Of a stretch of DNA of 64,000 nt, positions 11,501 through 21,803 are shown piece after piece. Location: positions 124,001-188,000 of the forward strand of contig BAAIJX010000015.1 of assembly GCA_054600435.1 (NCBI GenBank), given 5' to 3'. The notes beneath the pieces were generated by a model. It had not been told where the DNA came from, did not search any database, and worked only from the letters and a program-made list of their open reading frames with translations. Both the position numbers and the translations under genes were made by a program. The first letter of the stretch is position 1. Every line of letters starts with the position of its first letter. The DNA is from Neophaeotheca triangularis. Lineage: Eukaryota.

Positions 11501-13278
11501 ATGTGATGACCTGCGATAGTTTCGGCCTGCGCACCGTCTGCGCTTGCAGGGCGGCGGGTGGTCAATTGTACTGTGAAACCCTCTTGACTTTCCAAGCAGC
11601 CCAAAGTTTCCAGTGGGATCTGGTCGACGAATTGTAGGCCTTGGGGGGTCGTCGGTCTTGTCGATAGTGGTTGTGGCATAAGAGCACTACTTTCAATCTC
11701 AGACACAAGGGTTCTGGCGGAAGGCGACTCTGTGCCACGCTTCTCCAGAAGCACCACGCAGTCAGAAAAGAGCAAAAGGATGCCTTGGCTTAGCGCGCAG
11801 CCTTCCAGATGGTACGGCGGAACAAGCTCGCTAATGTCCACGGCTGCGATCAGACGGCCCCGAATTTCCACCTCGGTTGGCCATCTGTTCACTTTCGAAG
11901 CCAGACGCTCAGCAACGCCAGAACTGGGCCCCAGCGCATCGTCTTGGGAGCAGATATCTGTGATGATATCGCGAGCTTTGTAGAGACTCCGCAGGGCTGG
12001 GTGCCGAGCAGGTAGCTGCTTCGCCACATTGTCGATGTAGAGGTTGTAGCGAGGCAGACGTTGCACTGGCTCAATCAGGAGAGAAGTGAGCTTCTGCTCG
12101 CCAACATCTTGCAGCTGGCCAGATATCGAGCCGTCTTCGTCGCGAATGAGCGTTCTTAAACGCTGCGCGGATTGCGCATGTGCAGCCAAGTAACTGGCGT
12201 AGCACTCTGAGAACTTGGGAAACCACTCGCAGAAGCATTTCGCAATTGCGCCGATCCCTTGGGGGTCTTCGATCCAATTCTGTCGAGCTTGCTCGGTTGT
12301 TGGCGGCTCTTCCGTAGCTGCATCAATGTCCTCAACAGCGCTCTTTTCAGTGTCATCGAGCAGTAACTGAAGAACGTCGCAGAACTCAGCATTGGTCGTG
12401 ACAACCTCGTCCAGACTAGCGGGGAAGATCGCTCGCAATTGGTCCCGGCTGGACGACTTCAGGTCTGATCCGATGCTATGGGAAAGATCGCTGAGCTCCC
12501 GGATGCGCTGGACATAGCTCTGCTCGGTCTCCATCAGTTGCGATAGTTCTACCCTCGCGGCTTCCTTCTGGCTTTTCAAGAATGACAAGCTCCTCCCAAG
12601 CGCAAGAGGACGCGACGGCGCTCTCTTCAAGTTGGAAGTCGGCAAGAAAGTCGACTCCCCGAGCGCATCCATGAGCTCGGCATAAGCTCCATATCTTTGT
12701 TCGAGCATCTGCCTCTCGTCTAGTTCCTCGAATTCAGCCGAATCCTTCCTCTTTTCAGCCTCTTTTATTGCTCCCGCCGGCAGCACAACGTCAACATCCA
12801 ACCATGAAAGCCTCTGCTCAGCGAACCCCTGCCTCACATCCTCAATCACTTCAGCCACGTTCTGAATCTTCGTCATACGACTCGCAAGAACGGCAATGTG
12901 GTCGTCACCAAATAACATGGCGGGCATTGGCGCTTTGACGCGCGCGCACCAAGCTTTCTTGACCTTTTCATCGAGCTCGGAGAAATACTTCTTGAGCCCG
13001 AAAGCCAGACCCCGACAGACTTCATCTCCCTGTTCCTCGCGGGGTAAGTTGCTGACAGCCGAGTATAGAGGCGAGTTGGGCGAGACGGCCAGGCGCGCGT
13101 AGCTTCCCGTACCTGCGGGCGTGAAGATGTGGACTTGGATGCGCGAGCTCGTAGAACCTATCGAGGCTGCAGGACCATGAAAAATTAGGACGGGCGCGTT
13201 GGCGAGGAGCGGGTCGGTGGTGTGGAAGAGACTGAGCTCGCCGGACAAGGCGGGAGGGGCGGGTGTGATTGCGGCCAT
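8551..13278 (-). CDS. BUD3: Rho guanine nucleotide exchange factor (DH domain), Bud3-like
   Basis: 1575-aa ORF; DH signatures ELSQLMETEQSYVQRI and SLLIEPVQRLPRYNL; C-terminal coiled coil. Size and layout resemble filamentous-fungal Bud3 (orthology inferred). Confidence 0.8.
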   Translation of the reverse strand: MAAITPAPPALSGELSLFHTTDPLLANAPVLIFHGPAASIGSTSSRIQVHIFTPAGTGSYARLAVSPNSPLYSAVSNLPREEQGDEVCRGLAFGLKKYFSELDEKVKKAWCARVKAPMPAMLFGDDHIAVLASRMTKIQNVAEVIEDVRQGFAEQRLSWLDVDVVLPAGAIKEAEKRKDSAEFEELDERQMLEQRYGAYAELMDALGESTFLPTSNLKRAPSRPLALGRSLSFLKSQKEAARVELSQLMETEQSYVQRIRELSDLSHSIGSDLKSSSRDQLRAIFPASLDEVVTTNAEFCDVLQLLLDDTEKSAVEDIDAATEEPPTTEQARQNWIEDPQGIGAIAKCFCEWFPKFSECYASYLAAHAQSAQRLRTLIRDEDGSISGQLQDVGEQKLTSLLIEPVQRLPRYNLYIDNVAKQLPARHPALRSLYKARDIITDICSQDDALGPSSGVAERLASKVNRWPTEVEIRGRLIAAVDISELVPPYHLEGCALSQGILLLFSDCVVLLEKRGTESPSARTLVSEIESSALMPQPLSTRPTTPQGLQFVDQIPLETLGCLESQEGFTVQLTTRRPASADGAQAETIAGHHIFKLEGSYEGKAARLVEELTKARVEGRFSERERESAKWEVRATQATTDYFTLLSAVFDDANHEHVQARQNRASVRIMVDIDKHSQRPRAGQLGINTVVTVSPVSGGLWRLCVESLDGPASREHVPAAELVNVVRRRLGGLVAARNAISQPSLTSTLLQQNEDILQSIELQAVPADETEDKPPVVVQQRSHRPKSPVKMLSSFLASTGPGSQHPSFKSQSSVMSNIPRMPPPPQPAPKPTSRDGRPASTVFKDQGTPKSLSSMRSTEQLGGSNLKKLEDTLSAYILALQARKGNIVGRSLKMRATADEVAVNELYNSLLEDPNMMVYAAEATVDVLFAAFEKFLNLAWKQQMGPMVPFQTIQAIQAKAETMFPADFDNFFKTTLATLSPQNQRAFKAIISLLADLLDGTGNDGDRGTLTAAFAEVLVTEGNPHDYIALIDRFVDDTDTYFGEPLEDAQRIAEASGPSHKRARSENTGSLTSNTSSLRRKFGFGGLSRENSKSEQESKVASVWRTLSKGGNKLEPTPSGSLTRNTLNRSYSTDIDGRVMTRRPTSQEGPPANKPLSLDDTAIKDQAAASTHNLGLSTIGEHPSFIPHGPPKKKRRSSLSDLKALDIAQQEFPCSPAGRPPPSSHARIEDKSLPASPGPSTPSSKAGSGRFGSLGTPTQGTPRSRLPASFRKENTPPASKALASPEPRPANNNTPAPETQATGSPARGMSNIPSLMPRASTTQRPGGGTPVRSGLYERPGSGNIIKQSPSRHEKPAQKPTPTAPTAPTSSGTGTPNNGSPPKKLRMQSPQKLRERLQNEQANITTAQHSLQDELSRIGDELTSSHALQHNSSMRQNSIRASPAPSRQGTGSLRPTSDLAARILKLESHLPTQISNLTATLSTLQNDVATSLTISENKGRKLDALYREANGENEALYAKFNSELERVLKAVRGGDGVEELRSQLKGSQDEAASLKREVARLKRENVGLRVQIKEEGS

Positions 13279-14115
13279 GGTTGGGGATGCGCGTGAAGGG
13301 ACAATCGGAGTGTGATGGGTCGTTCCTCTAATACTGCCGGAGTTGCGCTGGAGTGCCTAAGCTCGCGGCGTGTAGAGCATCCTATTTCTCGAATCGGCGC
13401 CGGGTCTGGAGGATGGCGATGCCTTCCAATGGCTCTGTCGTGTTGTTGTTTGGTCGAGTACCTAGGTAGATACTTTCGGGAAGTGGTTGTTAGTAGTCGG
13501 CGCCTGACGCTTTCGAATATTATGGAAGTTACAAGAGGCGAAAGGGAATGATAACAAAAAAGTGGGTTGAAGAGGAAGACGTCGGGTGTTTAGGTGGTGT
13601 TGGTGTTGGTGTCACGAAAAGAGAGTTGATGCGAGTAAACAAAACGGCCTTCCCGTCGAGGCCCACTCCAGCTGCAGGGCAGGTCGCACGTCGCAGGTCG
13701 CAGTTGGCTGTGGTGGAACAGAAGATACTACTGTAGGTACTACTAGTAGCTTCAACCTTGCTGTTTGCGCGGGGAAGACGCGCCAACACGTGACGTTGCT
13801 GACACAAACCCTTACCCTGACACCCAAGATCGATCGGCGGCGGTGGCATGGTCCACGTACGTAATTTACATGCTCCAGATGATGCTGTAATCAGGGCAAT
13901 GAGAAACGACAGTTCAGTCGATCGTTGTGGAATGGGAATGACTATGGAGATCGAAGCAAGTAAGTATTGACGGCTTATCGTTCACTTCACCAAGAAATTC
14001 AATCATCACATCATACACATCTAGCTAACAACCCGTTGGTGCCCACCCAGTCCCACGCCCACTACTCCATCGCTAATCGCTAAAAAGCCCCATCAACCAA
14101 CTCGACCCCTAGCAC

Positions 14116-16269
14116 TCATCCCTTATCCTTCTTCGAGCTCCCGAAGAAATGCCTCTTCTTCTTCTCCTTCTCGGGCGGTGCCGCTTCCTTCTTTAGCTTC
14201 GCCGAGCTGTTAGCCACAACCGGAGCAGAAGTGGAAGACGGAGGGGGTGGCCTCGGGCCTCCTGGACCACCACCACCACCACCAACACCCAGCCCAGCCA
14301 TCTGCTTCGTGGGCGGCTCAGACGGTCTGGCCTGCTGTTGCTGCTGAGGAGATGGTCGGGGTTGCTCGTCCGGCTCGAAGAGGTGTGCCGGAGCTTGTGG
14401 TTTGGGTTGCTCAGAGGGTATGCCGAGGCGGCGTCGGTCGGCGGACAGATCGCCGAGCTGGCGCAGGAAAAGGGAGGGTGTGAGCATGTGGGAGGTTGCC
14501 AGGAAGACTTCGCGGTTCGAGGTGCGGGTTGTTTCGTAGCAGGCGCGGGATTCGGAGTAGGTTGCGCCTCCTGCCATGAAAACTATTACGCGCTGCCGGT
14601 TCTCGGTTGAGACGTTCGTGCGTGTTTTAGCCCAGGTAGGTTTGTTGTTACGAAGGCTCGTGCTTTGGGGACCTGTGGGGTATTCGTCACCGAGGTCGAG
14701 AGGTGGTTTGGTGTAAGGGAAAGTTGATGGGTCGAGAAAATTGGTTGCGTGGCCTTCGAGGAGCTTTTGGAGGGAGGGTTCAAATCGGGAGAGGGCGTAT
14801 TCTTCCGCTGCTGCGCCAGGCGGAGGGGGTGGCTTGAGTGGAAAAAGCGGCGGTGGCGGTGGTCGAGCGTCTTTGAGTCCTCGGACGATGTTTGCCCCAA
14901 GGATATCAAGATTATAAAGGGATTGGAGGGTCTGATCCGGAAGGTTTGCGTGCGCAGCTAGTTTCTGGACGTCTGCCGGGAGGAGACCGTCTTTATAGAG
15001 GAGATAGAGGGTGAGAAGGCGCATCCGATCTGGCGGAATAACTGCTTCTTCGTCCAACATGCGGACGAGCTGATCCGCGAGACCCTTGGGCTTCTTGTAA
15101 TCTTCATCCAAGCCTGTCGCCAGAATTTGCTCCACGCTTGCCACGTCTGGTAGCTTCAACTTCTGAAATCGATTCATGCTTTCCTGCGCCATGCTCAAGT
15201 GCAACGCATACGCCTCCTTCATCTCCTGGAACTGCGGCAGTCCAGCCATCATATCTTTGATCGCATTCAGTGAATTGGCATTCTCGCCATCTTTTCGAGT
15301 GAAGTTGGGGTTTTCGTCCATGAACTTTTGAAAGTCGGACATCAGCTTCTCAATCGTGTCCTTCATGTGTCGATGCCTGTTGTCGATCCATATCTTGTCC
15401 TTTTCCGATATCTCCACATCCTTGGTCTGCTGATCCCGCTGTCCCTCGTTCACCAAGGTATTGTACGTGATCCTATCACCTTCCTTGATCGGCAAGAGAT
15501 CGTGTGCCATGGCCTGGTACGTAAACTCATGTAACAGCGGCGCAAAGAGATCCATGCTACGGTCAACGATGTAGAGCGAGCCCCTCGGTCGGGAGACCTG
15601 CGGCGGGAAGTCTTCGTGAAACTTTGCATATAAATCCAGCTCATCCTGAACAAATCGTGCAAGGTGCTCGCAGAGTACCCTAGCATCATGCCTAGCAGTC
15701 CGACTCTTGTAATATCGTATGACGGGGTACTCTCCCAGAGCCACGCAAACGCCGACAATTTTTTGTGCGACATCTTCCATGTGCTGTCGCACAAGGTTGC
15801 TGCATTGTGGGTGATAAAACACGGGGAAGCTCCAAGGGTCGCGGAAAGTGACCAAATGCGACTCTCGTGAGTAAAACTCAATGTTCAGGACCTTGAACAG
15901 CGCAATTTGTGATCTCGCCGTGCCGTTTGTATCGATGCGTTCCCTCAACGCCGGGTGCAACAGAGCCGTCCATACCAAATGCGCTTTCCGGTACTTCCTT
16001 TTTTCGAAATCGGCCATGAGACAGTCGACAATGTGCGGTTGCGGACTAAGGAGGTAGACAGCGTCCATGTCTTTGTTGGTGGGTCTTCGCTGCTCAATTT
16101 GCTCGATGTGGGTGATGTTCTCGTTGAGGATGGCATCTTGGTCGAGCACGCTGTCGAGTAGTCGCTTACTGTCGTGGTCCAGGACAAGGACCTTCCAGTC
16201 TCCCCCTGCAGTGCCACGAATGGTATCCAGGAGGAGGCGACGTTGCGCTTCGATGATTGAGACGCTCAT
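14116..16269 (-). CDS. SEC1: Sec1/Munc18 family SNARE regulator
   Basis: DWKVLVLD, IVDRSMDLFAPLLHEFTYQAMAHDLL, YALSRFEP, RVIVFMAGGATYSESR are Sec1-family motifs. Confidence 0.95.
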   Translation of the reverse strand: MSVSIIEAQRRLLLDTIRGTAGGDWKVLVLDHDSKRLLDSVLDQDAILNENITHIEQIEQRRPTNKDMDAVYLLSPQPHIVDCLMADFEKRKYRKAHLVWTALLHPALRERIDTNGTARSQIALFKVLNIEFYSRESHLVTFRDPWSFPVFYHPQCSNLVRQHMEDVAQKIVGVCVALGEYPVIRYYKSRTARHDARVLCEHLARFVQDELDLYAKFHEDFPPQVSRPRGSLYIVDRSMDLFAPLLHEFTYQAMAHDLLPIKEGDRITYNTLVNEGQRDQQTKDVEISEKDKIWIDNRHRHMKDTIEKLMSDFQKFMDENPNFTRKDGENANSLNAIKDMMAGLPQFQEMKEAYALHLSMAQESMNRFQKLKLPDVASVEQILATGLDEDYKKPKGLADQLVRMLDEEAVIPPDRMRLLTLYLLYKDGLLPADVQKLAAHANLPDQTLQSLYNLDILGANIVRGLKDARPPPPPLFPLKPPPPPGAAAEEYALSRFEPSLQKLLEGHATNFLDPSTFPYTKPPLDLGDEYPTGPQSTSLRNNKPTWAKTRTNVSTENRQRVIVFMAGGATYSESRACYETTRTSNREVFLATSHMLTPSLFLRQLGDLSADRRRLGIPSEQPKPQAPAHLFEPDEQPRPSPQQQQQARPSEPPTKQMAGLGVGGGGGGPGGPRPPPPSSTSAPVVANSSAKLKKEAAPPEKEKKKRHFFGSSKKDKG

Positions 16270-16794
16270 TATTCGTAGCTGCTATCGCTTGTTGCCTGTT
16301 GTGGTCTACTGTCTTCCTACTGTCTTCCTCCATAGATGTGAAGAGGTACACATACAATGGCAGCTGCGGGTCAGTGTGACGCTTGTTCCGATCAAATTCA
16401 CACGGATGTCGTTAGAAAGCACATTCACAGCTCGAGGTCAATCGCTAAAAGTCGTGTAGAAGGGTAGGTAGTTTGATTTAAAGGCAGATCAAGACCATGA
16501 CCATGACCATGACGAGGTTGTCTTGAAGGTGGCATGTGGCATGCGGTACCTTATGGAGCAGCGATCCACCCCCAGGTTTTCGGGAGTCTTCGCCGCCGCG
16601 TCTTTATCCGGACCTTGAATATCTCCATGGATTATCACATACTCTGCCTTGAATGTATTACACCTTCATTGATCAAATTGTTCTGCCGTTAATGCTACGC
16701 CGCGCTTCTGACCATATCGAATCACTTCACCCGTTTCCCCATCGGTAGAACCTTAACGCGCTCGAGTGCGTGAACCCTCTCCCCCTACACTGGC

Positions 16795-19700
16795 ATGCTC
16801 TCTCTGGCCCGCCCAGCAAATCGCTGTTTCTACTGCGCCTTCCGATCGCAACAATTACGCCTCCGGGCCCAGCGGCACAGATCAACAGGCGATGCCAAAA
16901 GGTTAGCCTCCAGCACTTCGGACTTTCAAATTAACTACGACCACCAGCCTGCCCGGGCCAGGAAGTGGCGAAGCAAAGGCCCCAGAAGAATATATGATGG
17001 AGATGAAGGCAAGGATGACGGGGAAAGCAAGATACGCAAGTACTTTGCTGGAGGGTCCGATAGTAACGAATCGCCTAGGCGTAAAGCTGTCGCACGAGAT
17101 ATGGAAAAGGCAAACTTCAAGGAGGTGCTACCAGCACGTCTCAAGGCCATGAAAGAGGAGCTGAAGTTTGCCCCTATACTCGACCATTTGAGGAAGGAGA
17201 AGGAGGAGCAAGGCGGCGAGCTTGAAAATTTCTCCAGGATATGGAACTTGTTCGAGAGGTCTTTGACCAAAGAGGACATTGACTTTGCCGGTCTTGTGCA
17301 GGAGCGCGAGGAGGTGGGAGGCGCCCCAATAAAAGGTTTGAGGGCAGCGTACCAACTCAGTGGCTCAAATGGATTAGACGACAGGATAAAGTATGCATTC
17401 TATGGACACGTGCTTGGGTCGCGATTCACCAAAAGCGACATCAAGAATCAGACCGCGCTTGCAGATCTGCGACATCCAATCGAGTGGTACCCAGCCACAA
17501 GGTCCATGCAGAGAACCATACATCTACATGTAGGGCCTACAAACTCGGGTAAGACGTATCACGCACTGCAACGACTGGAGCAGGCCGAGAGCGGTGTTTA
17601 CGCTGGCCCTTTGCGGTTGCTGGCTCACGAAGTGTACACCAGGATGAACGCCAAAGGCAAACCGTGCTCGCTGCTGACTGGAGAAGAGAGAAGACTCGCT
17701 ACAGAAGGCAGTTTTGGGCAAATGTCAGCGTGCACGGTCGAAATGATGCCGCTCAACAAACCCCTCGAAGTGGCCGTTATTGATGAGATCCAGATGATCG
17801 GTAGCCCAGATAGAGGGTGGGCATGGACACAGGCGCTGCTGGGAGTCAGGGCAGATGAAGTACATCTTTGTGGTGAAGAGAGGACGTTGCAGATTATCCA
17901 AGAGCTATGCGCTAGCATGGGTGAAAAGCTTGAAGTCCATCGGTATGAGCGTCTAAGTCCGCTCAGAATGGAAAGCAGTAGCTTGGACGGCAACCTAAAG
18001 AGGTTGCGCAAAGGAGATTGTGTTGTCAGCTTCAGTGTGATGGGTATTCATGCACTGAGAACGCAAATCGAAAAAGAAACGGGTCGTAAAGTGGCTACCG
18101 TGTACGGCAGTTTGCCACCAGAGACTCGAGCGCAGCAAGCACGCTTGTTCAACGACCCAGATAATGAATACGACTTTCTCGTGGCTAGTGATGCCGTGGG
18201 AATGGGTCTCAATCTCGCCATCAAGCGTATCATTTTTGAGAGTTCCTCCAAATTTGACGGCTACCAACGCCGCACCTTACCAATCGCAGATGTCAAGCAA
18301 ATTGGCGGTCGAGCAGGGCGTTATCGTACAGCACATCAAGCCAACAAAGCCGCAACAGCCGAGCAAGACCTCGCTGCGGCCAAAGGGGAGACACGCCTCG
18401 ACGCTGAGCCACCTAAAGCCGCAACACAAAATGAGGAAACGGTCGGCTATATCACAACCCTCGAACGCTTCGATTTCCCCGTCATCCAAGCAGCCATGAA
18501 CTCCGAGCCCGAACCCATCCGTACCGCCGGTCTGTTCCCTCCTGCACCCGTCCTCGAGCGCTTCGCCAGCTACTTCCCCCCGGGGACACCCTTCTCCTTC
18601 ATGCTAACCCGCCTGCACGAGCTCTCTCAAATGCACAAGCGCTTCCACCTCTGCGGCCTCAAGGACCAAATCTGGCTGGCCGACATCATCGAACCCGTTG
18701 AGAACCTATCAATTACAGACCGCAACACCATCGTCTCCGCGCCGGCTTCTAAAACTGACACGGACCTCTGGCGCTTCCTCATGCCCGCCTTTGCGCGCTG
18801 CGTCGCCGAACAAACCGGCGGCGACCTCGTAGACATTGAAGAGCTCCCGCTCGAAACCCTCGAGGAAGAAATCTCCGCCAGCCGCACCTACTTACGCGAG
18901 CTGGAGAGATTGCACAAGGGCATTGTTACCTACTTGTGGCTCAGCTACCGCTTCGCCGGCGTCTTCCCCACGAGAACTACGGCCTTCCACGCCAAGGGAA
19001 TCGTCGAGGAACGTATCGAAGAGGTGCTGGGTAAATTCTCCTTCACCGAGGCCCAGCGCAGGAAGATTGCCGAGAGGCGCGCGAAGCAGATGGAGAAGAT
19101 GGGTGAGCTGATACCCGTGCTGGACGCTCAGGGTAAGCCCGTTCTCGATGAGCATGGGAATCCGATGCTTGAGCGCAACGTGGACGAACAAACTGCTATT
19201 GCTACTGAGCAAGGGGGCTCCGAGAAAGGCGAAAGTGAGGATGTGATCGACCACGTTGATCGCGCCAGCCACTACCTGGCTAGTCAGACTTCGGCCGAGC
19301 ACTTCGGTGGGGAGGACGACGTGGACTTTTTGGAACCCAAGGTCGGCCACGCCGACAAATCGGAAGAGGCCCCGCCGCTTTCCACCAGTTTTGCGGATTG
19401 GCGCGCTCGGCAAACTAGAGGTGAGAGCCAAGGCTCTCGCGAGGAAGACGAGGACGAGGCGTACGAGCTCGCGAGTATGATCCGAGAGTCAGTGTCCGAA
19501 GCCCCCGAGCAATCAGAACCTCCCGCGCTGGAGGAACACATAGCACCGCCCGCGGACGCTGCGATTCCGCAGGGGAGTGTAGAGGAAGCGACTGTGACAC
19601 CCGAGACGGAAGTCGAGAACGATGAGGCGCCGCTTGCTAGCCAGGTCGCGTCTCCCAATCCTAGTGCCGATGGCGCAGAATCTCACGAGGAGGATGTCGA

Positions 19701-19848
19701 GAGACTTGCGAAACCGACGCTTGCACACGGTACTAGAGAGCATGGCCCTGCTGCTGGTAGTAGTGGAGGCGACCGTCCGGTGAAGCATCTCGAGCAGCTT
19801 GGTTCGCAGACCAAGGAGAATGGCACTGAGGAGGCGAGTCGGCCGTGA
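16795..19848 (+). CDS. SUV3: Mitochondrial ATP-dependent RNA helicase Suv3
   Basis: HVGPTNSGKTYHAL, DEIQM, RGWAWTQALLG, VYGSLPPETR, ASDAVGMGLNL, KQIGGRAGR; Arg-rich N-terminal presequence. Confidence 0.96.
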   Translation: MLSLARPANRCFYCAFRSQQLRLRAQRHRSTGDAKRLASSTSDFQINYDHQPARARKWRSKGPRRIYDGDEGKDDGESKIRKYFAGGSDSNESPRRKAVARDMEKANFKEVLPARLKAMKEELKFAPILDHLRKEKEEQGGELENFSRIWNLFERSLTKEDIDFAGLVQEREEVGGAPIKGLRAAYQLSGSNGLDDRIKYAFYGHVLGSRFTKSDIKNQTALADLRHPIEWYPATRSMQRTIHLHVGPTNSGKTYHALQRLEQAESGVYAGPLRLLAHEVYTRMNAKGKPCSLLTGEERRLATEGSFGQMSACTVEMMPLNKPLEVAVIDEIQMIGSPDRGWAWTQALLGVRADEVHLCGEERTLQIIQELCASMGEKLEVHRYERLSPLRMESSSLDGNLKRLRKGDCVVSFSVMGIHALRTQIEKETGRKVATVYGSLPPETRAQQARLFNDPDNEYDFLVASDAVGMGLNLAIKRIIFESSSKFDGYQRRTLPIADVKQIGGRAGRYRTAHQANKAATAEQDLAAAKGETRLDAEPPKAATQNEETVGYITTLERFDFPVIQAAMNSEPEPIRTAGLFPPAPVLERFASYFPPGTPFSFMLTRLHELSQMHKRFHLCGLKDQIWLADIIEPVENLSITDRNTIVSAPASKTDTDLWRFLMPAFARCVAEQTGGDLVDIEELPLETLEEEISASRTYLRELERLHKGIVTYLWLSYRFAGVFPTRTTAFHAKGIVEERIEEVLGKFSFTEAQRRKIAERRAKQMEKMGELIPVLDAQGKPVLDEHGNPMLERNVDEQTAIATEQGGSEKGESEDVIDHVDRASHYLASQTSAEHFGGEDDVDFLEPKVGHADKSEEAPPLSTSFADWRARQTRGESQGSREEDEDEAYELASMIRESVSEAPEQSEPPALEEHIAPPADAAIPQGSVEEATVTPETEVENDEAPLASQVASPNPSADGAESHEEDVERLAKPTLAHGTREHGPAAGSSGGDRPVKHLEQLGSQTKENGTEEASRP

Positions 19849-20249
19849 GGGACATGTACGATAAGTTGGGAGAGATAATAATTACGGGTTGTGGTGTATA
19901 GAGTGTAACACTGTAACATAGATCAATACAGTCACGATATCTACGCGTTGACACTCAAGCTCTGTCCGAATACTGCAAGCGAAGCACTTCGGCCATAACA
20001 AAGGGCTCCTGCTCGGCCACTGACTGTGGAATGGTTTGAAAATTTAATGGTTCGAGACGTCGGCAAAGCTCTATTGCGATAGCCATGTGAGCTCTATCTT
20101 GTGTGCAAGATCGAAGTCGCCTTTTTGCATAAGCTTCCATCTCCCACGCACGACAACAAGGCTCTGCACCTAGGGAAAGCGCCCATCCCCACCGACGAAG
20201 ATCTGAGCCTTTCCTCCGTTTGCGCGCGATTGACGCCTCAACAAGGCAT

Positions 20250-21323
20250 TCAGTCCTTCGAAACGACAACCACCTCGGTAATCATGCCACCGAGCAGCAA
20301 ATCAACCTCTTCTCCCGACTCGGTCGAAGCATCTACGCCAATCTTAGCATCTGTCGCAATTCTGTTCGCCTTTTCACCCGCCTCCGTTTTCTCCCCCTTC
20401 TCATCCGCAGCTCCTCTCTTCTTACCTGTCTCCTCGCTCTCGTCTTCACTCCCTTGCCTGTCCTCATCTTCAGCGTCCGTCTCGTCCTCTTCATCTTCAT
20501 CACCTTCATCACCCTCCGCGAACGACACGCTCTCAAGAATGTCTTTGGTAGCCTTCCATGGAACGCCAAACAACCCAGAGTTGATTTTGGGCATGATGAT
20601 TCGCTCAACCTTCTGATACTCCCCAGAAGTCATGATTTCGTCGAAGTCGCCCGTTTTCTTGACCTCACGCAGCAAATCCACCATAGCCGTCTTTGTAGCC
20701 TTCAAGATGTCCTTGCGAGCATCCTTCTTCTTGCCCTTGGACTTTGAAGTGAACAAGCAACCGACGTGGTGGTCCGGTGGTTCCTGCAGCATCTTGGTGC
20801 CAATGAGGTTGGTAGTGCGGCCGGTGTCCCTCTGCATCTCACGGGTGATGAGAAGGGCAGTGCCGATGAGTTTCGAAGGTTCCGTGGACGCGCACACATT
20901 TTGGTAGATTTCGAACGCCTTAGGGTAGTGAGTTTTGAAAGCCAAGGCGACGCCTGCACCCCAGCTGCCCTCACAGTTGCAAGCGTGGAGGATGAGCGTG
21001 TTTTCCGGGGCTTTGAAAAGGTCGCCTTGGACTTCTGTGACTTTGAGGTAGGTGATGGCGTTTTCTTCATCGCTGGATTCCGATTTTTCGCCATCGCCGG
21101 TGTTGTTGCCTTGATTCGTGCTGTTGGTGGCCTCGGCCTTGGTTTTGGGTGGCGAAACTTCAGGCTCGTTTTGGCGAGTGAACCGGGATGGAGGTTTGGT
21201 GAAGTTCAGCTTAGACTGATTCCGATCTTCTTTTGCCATTTTGGCCTGTTTCGCTGCGTCCTTGGTGGGAGGATACGGTGTTTGTCGAGCGCTGGCCTTG
21301 CGCGAGGCGCTACGGGTGGTCAT
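20250..21323 (-). CDS. POA1: ADP-ribose 1''-phosphate phosphatase (Poa1-type macro domain)
   Basis: GDLFKAP...ILHACNCEGSWGAGVALAFK...VGCLFTS...MPKINSGLFGVPW. Confidence 0.88.
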   Translation of the reverse strand: MTTRSASRKASARQTPYPPTKDAAKQAKMAKEDRNQSKLNFTKPPSRFTRQNEPEVSPPKTKAEATNSTNQGNNTGDGEKSESSDEENAITYLKVTEVQGDLFKAPENTLILHACNCEGSWGAGVALAFKTHYPKAFEIYQNVCASTEPSKLIGTALLITREMQRDTGRTTNLIGTKMLQEPPDHHVGCLFTSKSKGKKKDARKDILKATKTAMVDLLREVKKTGDFDEIMTSGEYQKVERIIMPKINSGLFGVPWKATKDILESVSFAEGDEGDEDEEDETDAEDEDRQGSEDESEETGKKRGAADEKGEKTEAGEKANRIATDAKIGVDASTESGEEVDLLLGGMITEVVVVSKD

Positions 21324-21603
21324 GTTTGGTTCTGGAATTGATTAATTGTTGAGTGGGTGTTGTTATTTACAGGCATCCTGGTTTGATTGCTACTCATGGC
21401 GGTGTTGTCGTGGGTGATGAGGGCAGAGTCAATGTAGGTGGTGAGTGAAGTTGAAGAACGACAAAGCCTTGTGTAATTGTGTTATAAAGAAGAGGAAATG
21501 TTGGCAGGTGGTACTGGTGGTACTCTGTACTTGTACTTGTCAAGTAGGAGGTAGGAGTAGTAAGTAACTTGTAGTGCCACTAGTAAGCTGAAGTGTCCGC
21601 CAG

Positions 21604-21623
21604 CCAATGACAATCCAGCTGAT
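21604..21623 (+). promoter_or_regulatory. Candidate CCAAT-binding complex:HapX bipartite site (CSAAT-N12-RWT)
   Basis: CCAAT(21604-08) gacaatccagct GAT(21621-23), about 200 bp upstream of the Rieske Fe-S gene. Confidence 0.6.
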
Positions 21624-21803
21624 TCCTCCCGCTTTGCCCTTCCGGCCTTGGCAAAAGCTCCCGTCCGGAATGACCCTTTCACTGCAGCGTCGAGACACCG
21701 TTTGGCATCCATTGAAAGAGCGCAAGCCCACCACCTCGACCACCACCACCACCACTTACCCCCTCACGCACTCTCCACCACCCTATCGGGGCTCACTGCC
21801 ATC

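Noticed and set aside
16493..16513. (GACCAT)n short tandem repeat in the SEC1/SUV3 promoter
   Set aside because: About three and a half copies; ordinary microsatellite.
21648..21803. His-rich in-frame extension upstream of RIP1
   Set aside because: Derives from a CAC-rich 5' UTR/promoter; ATG 21804 already begins a typical mitochondrial presequence.
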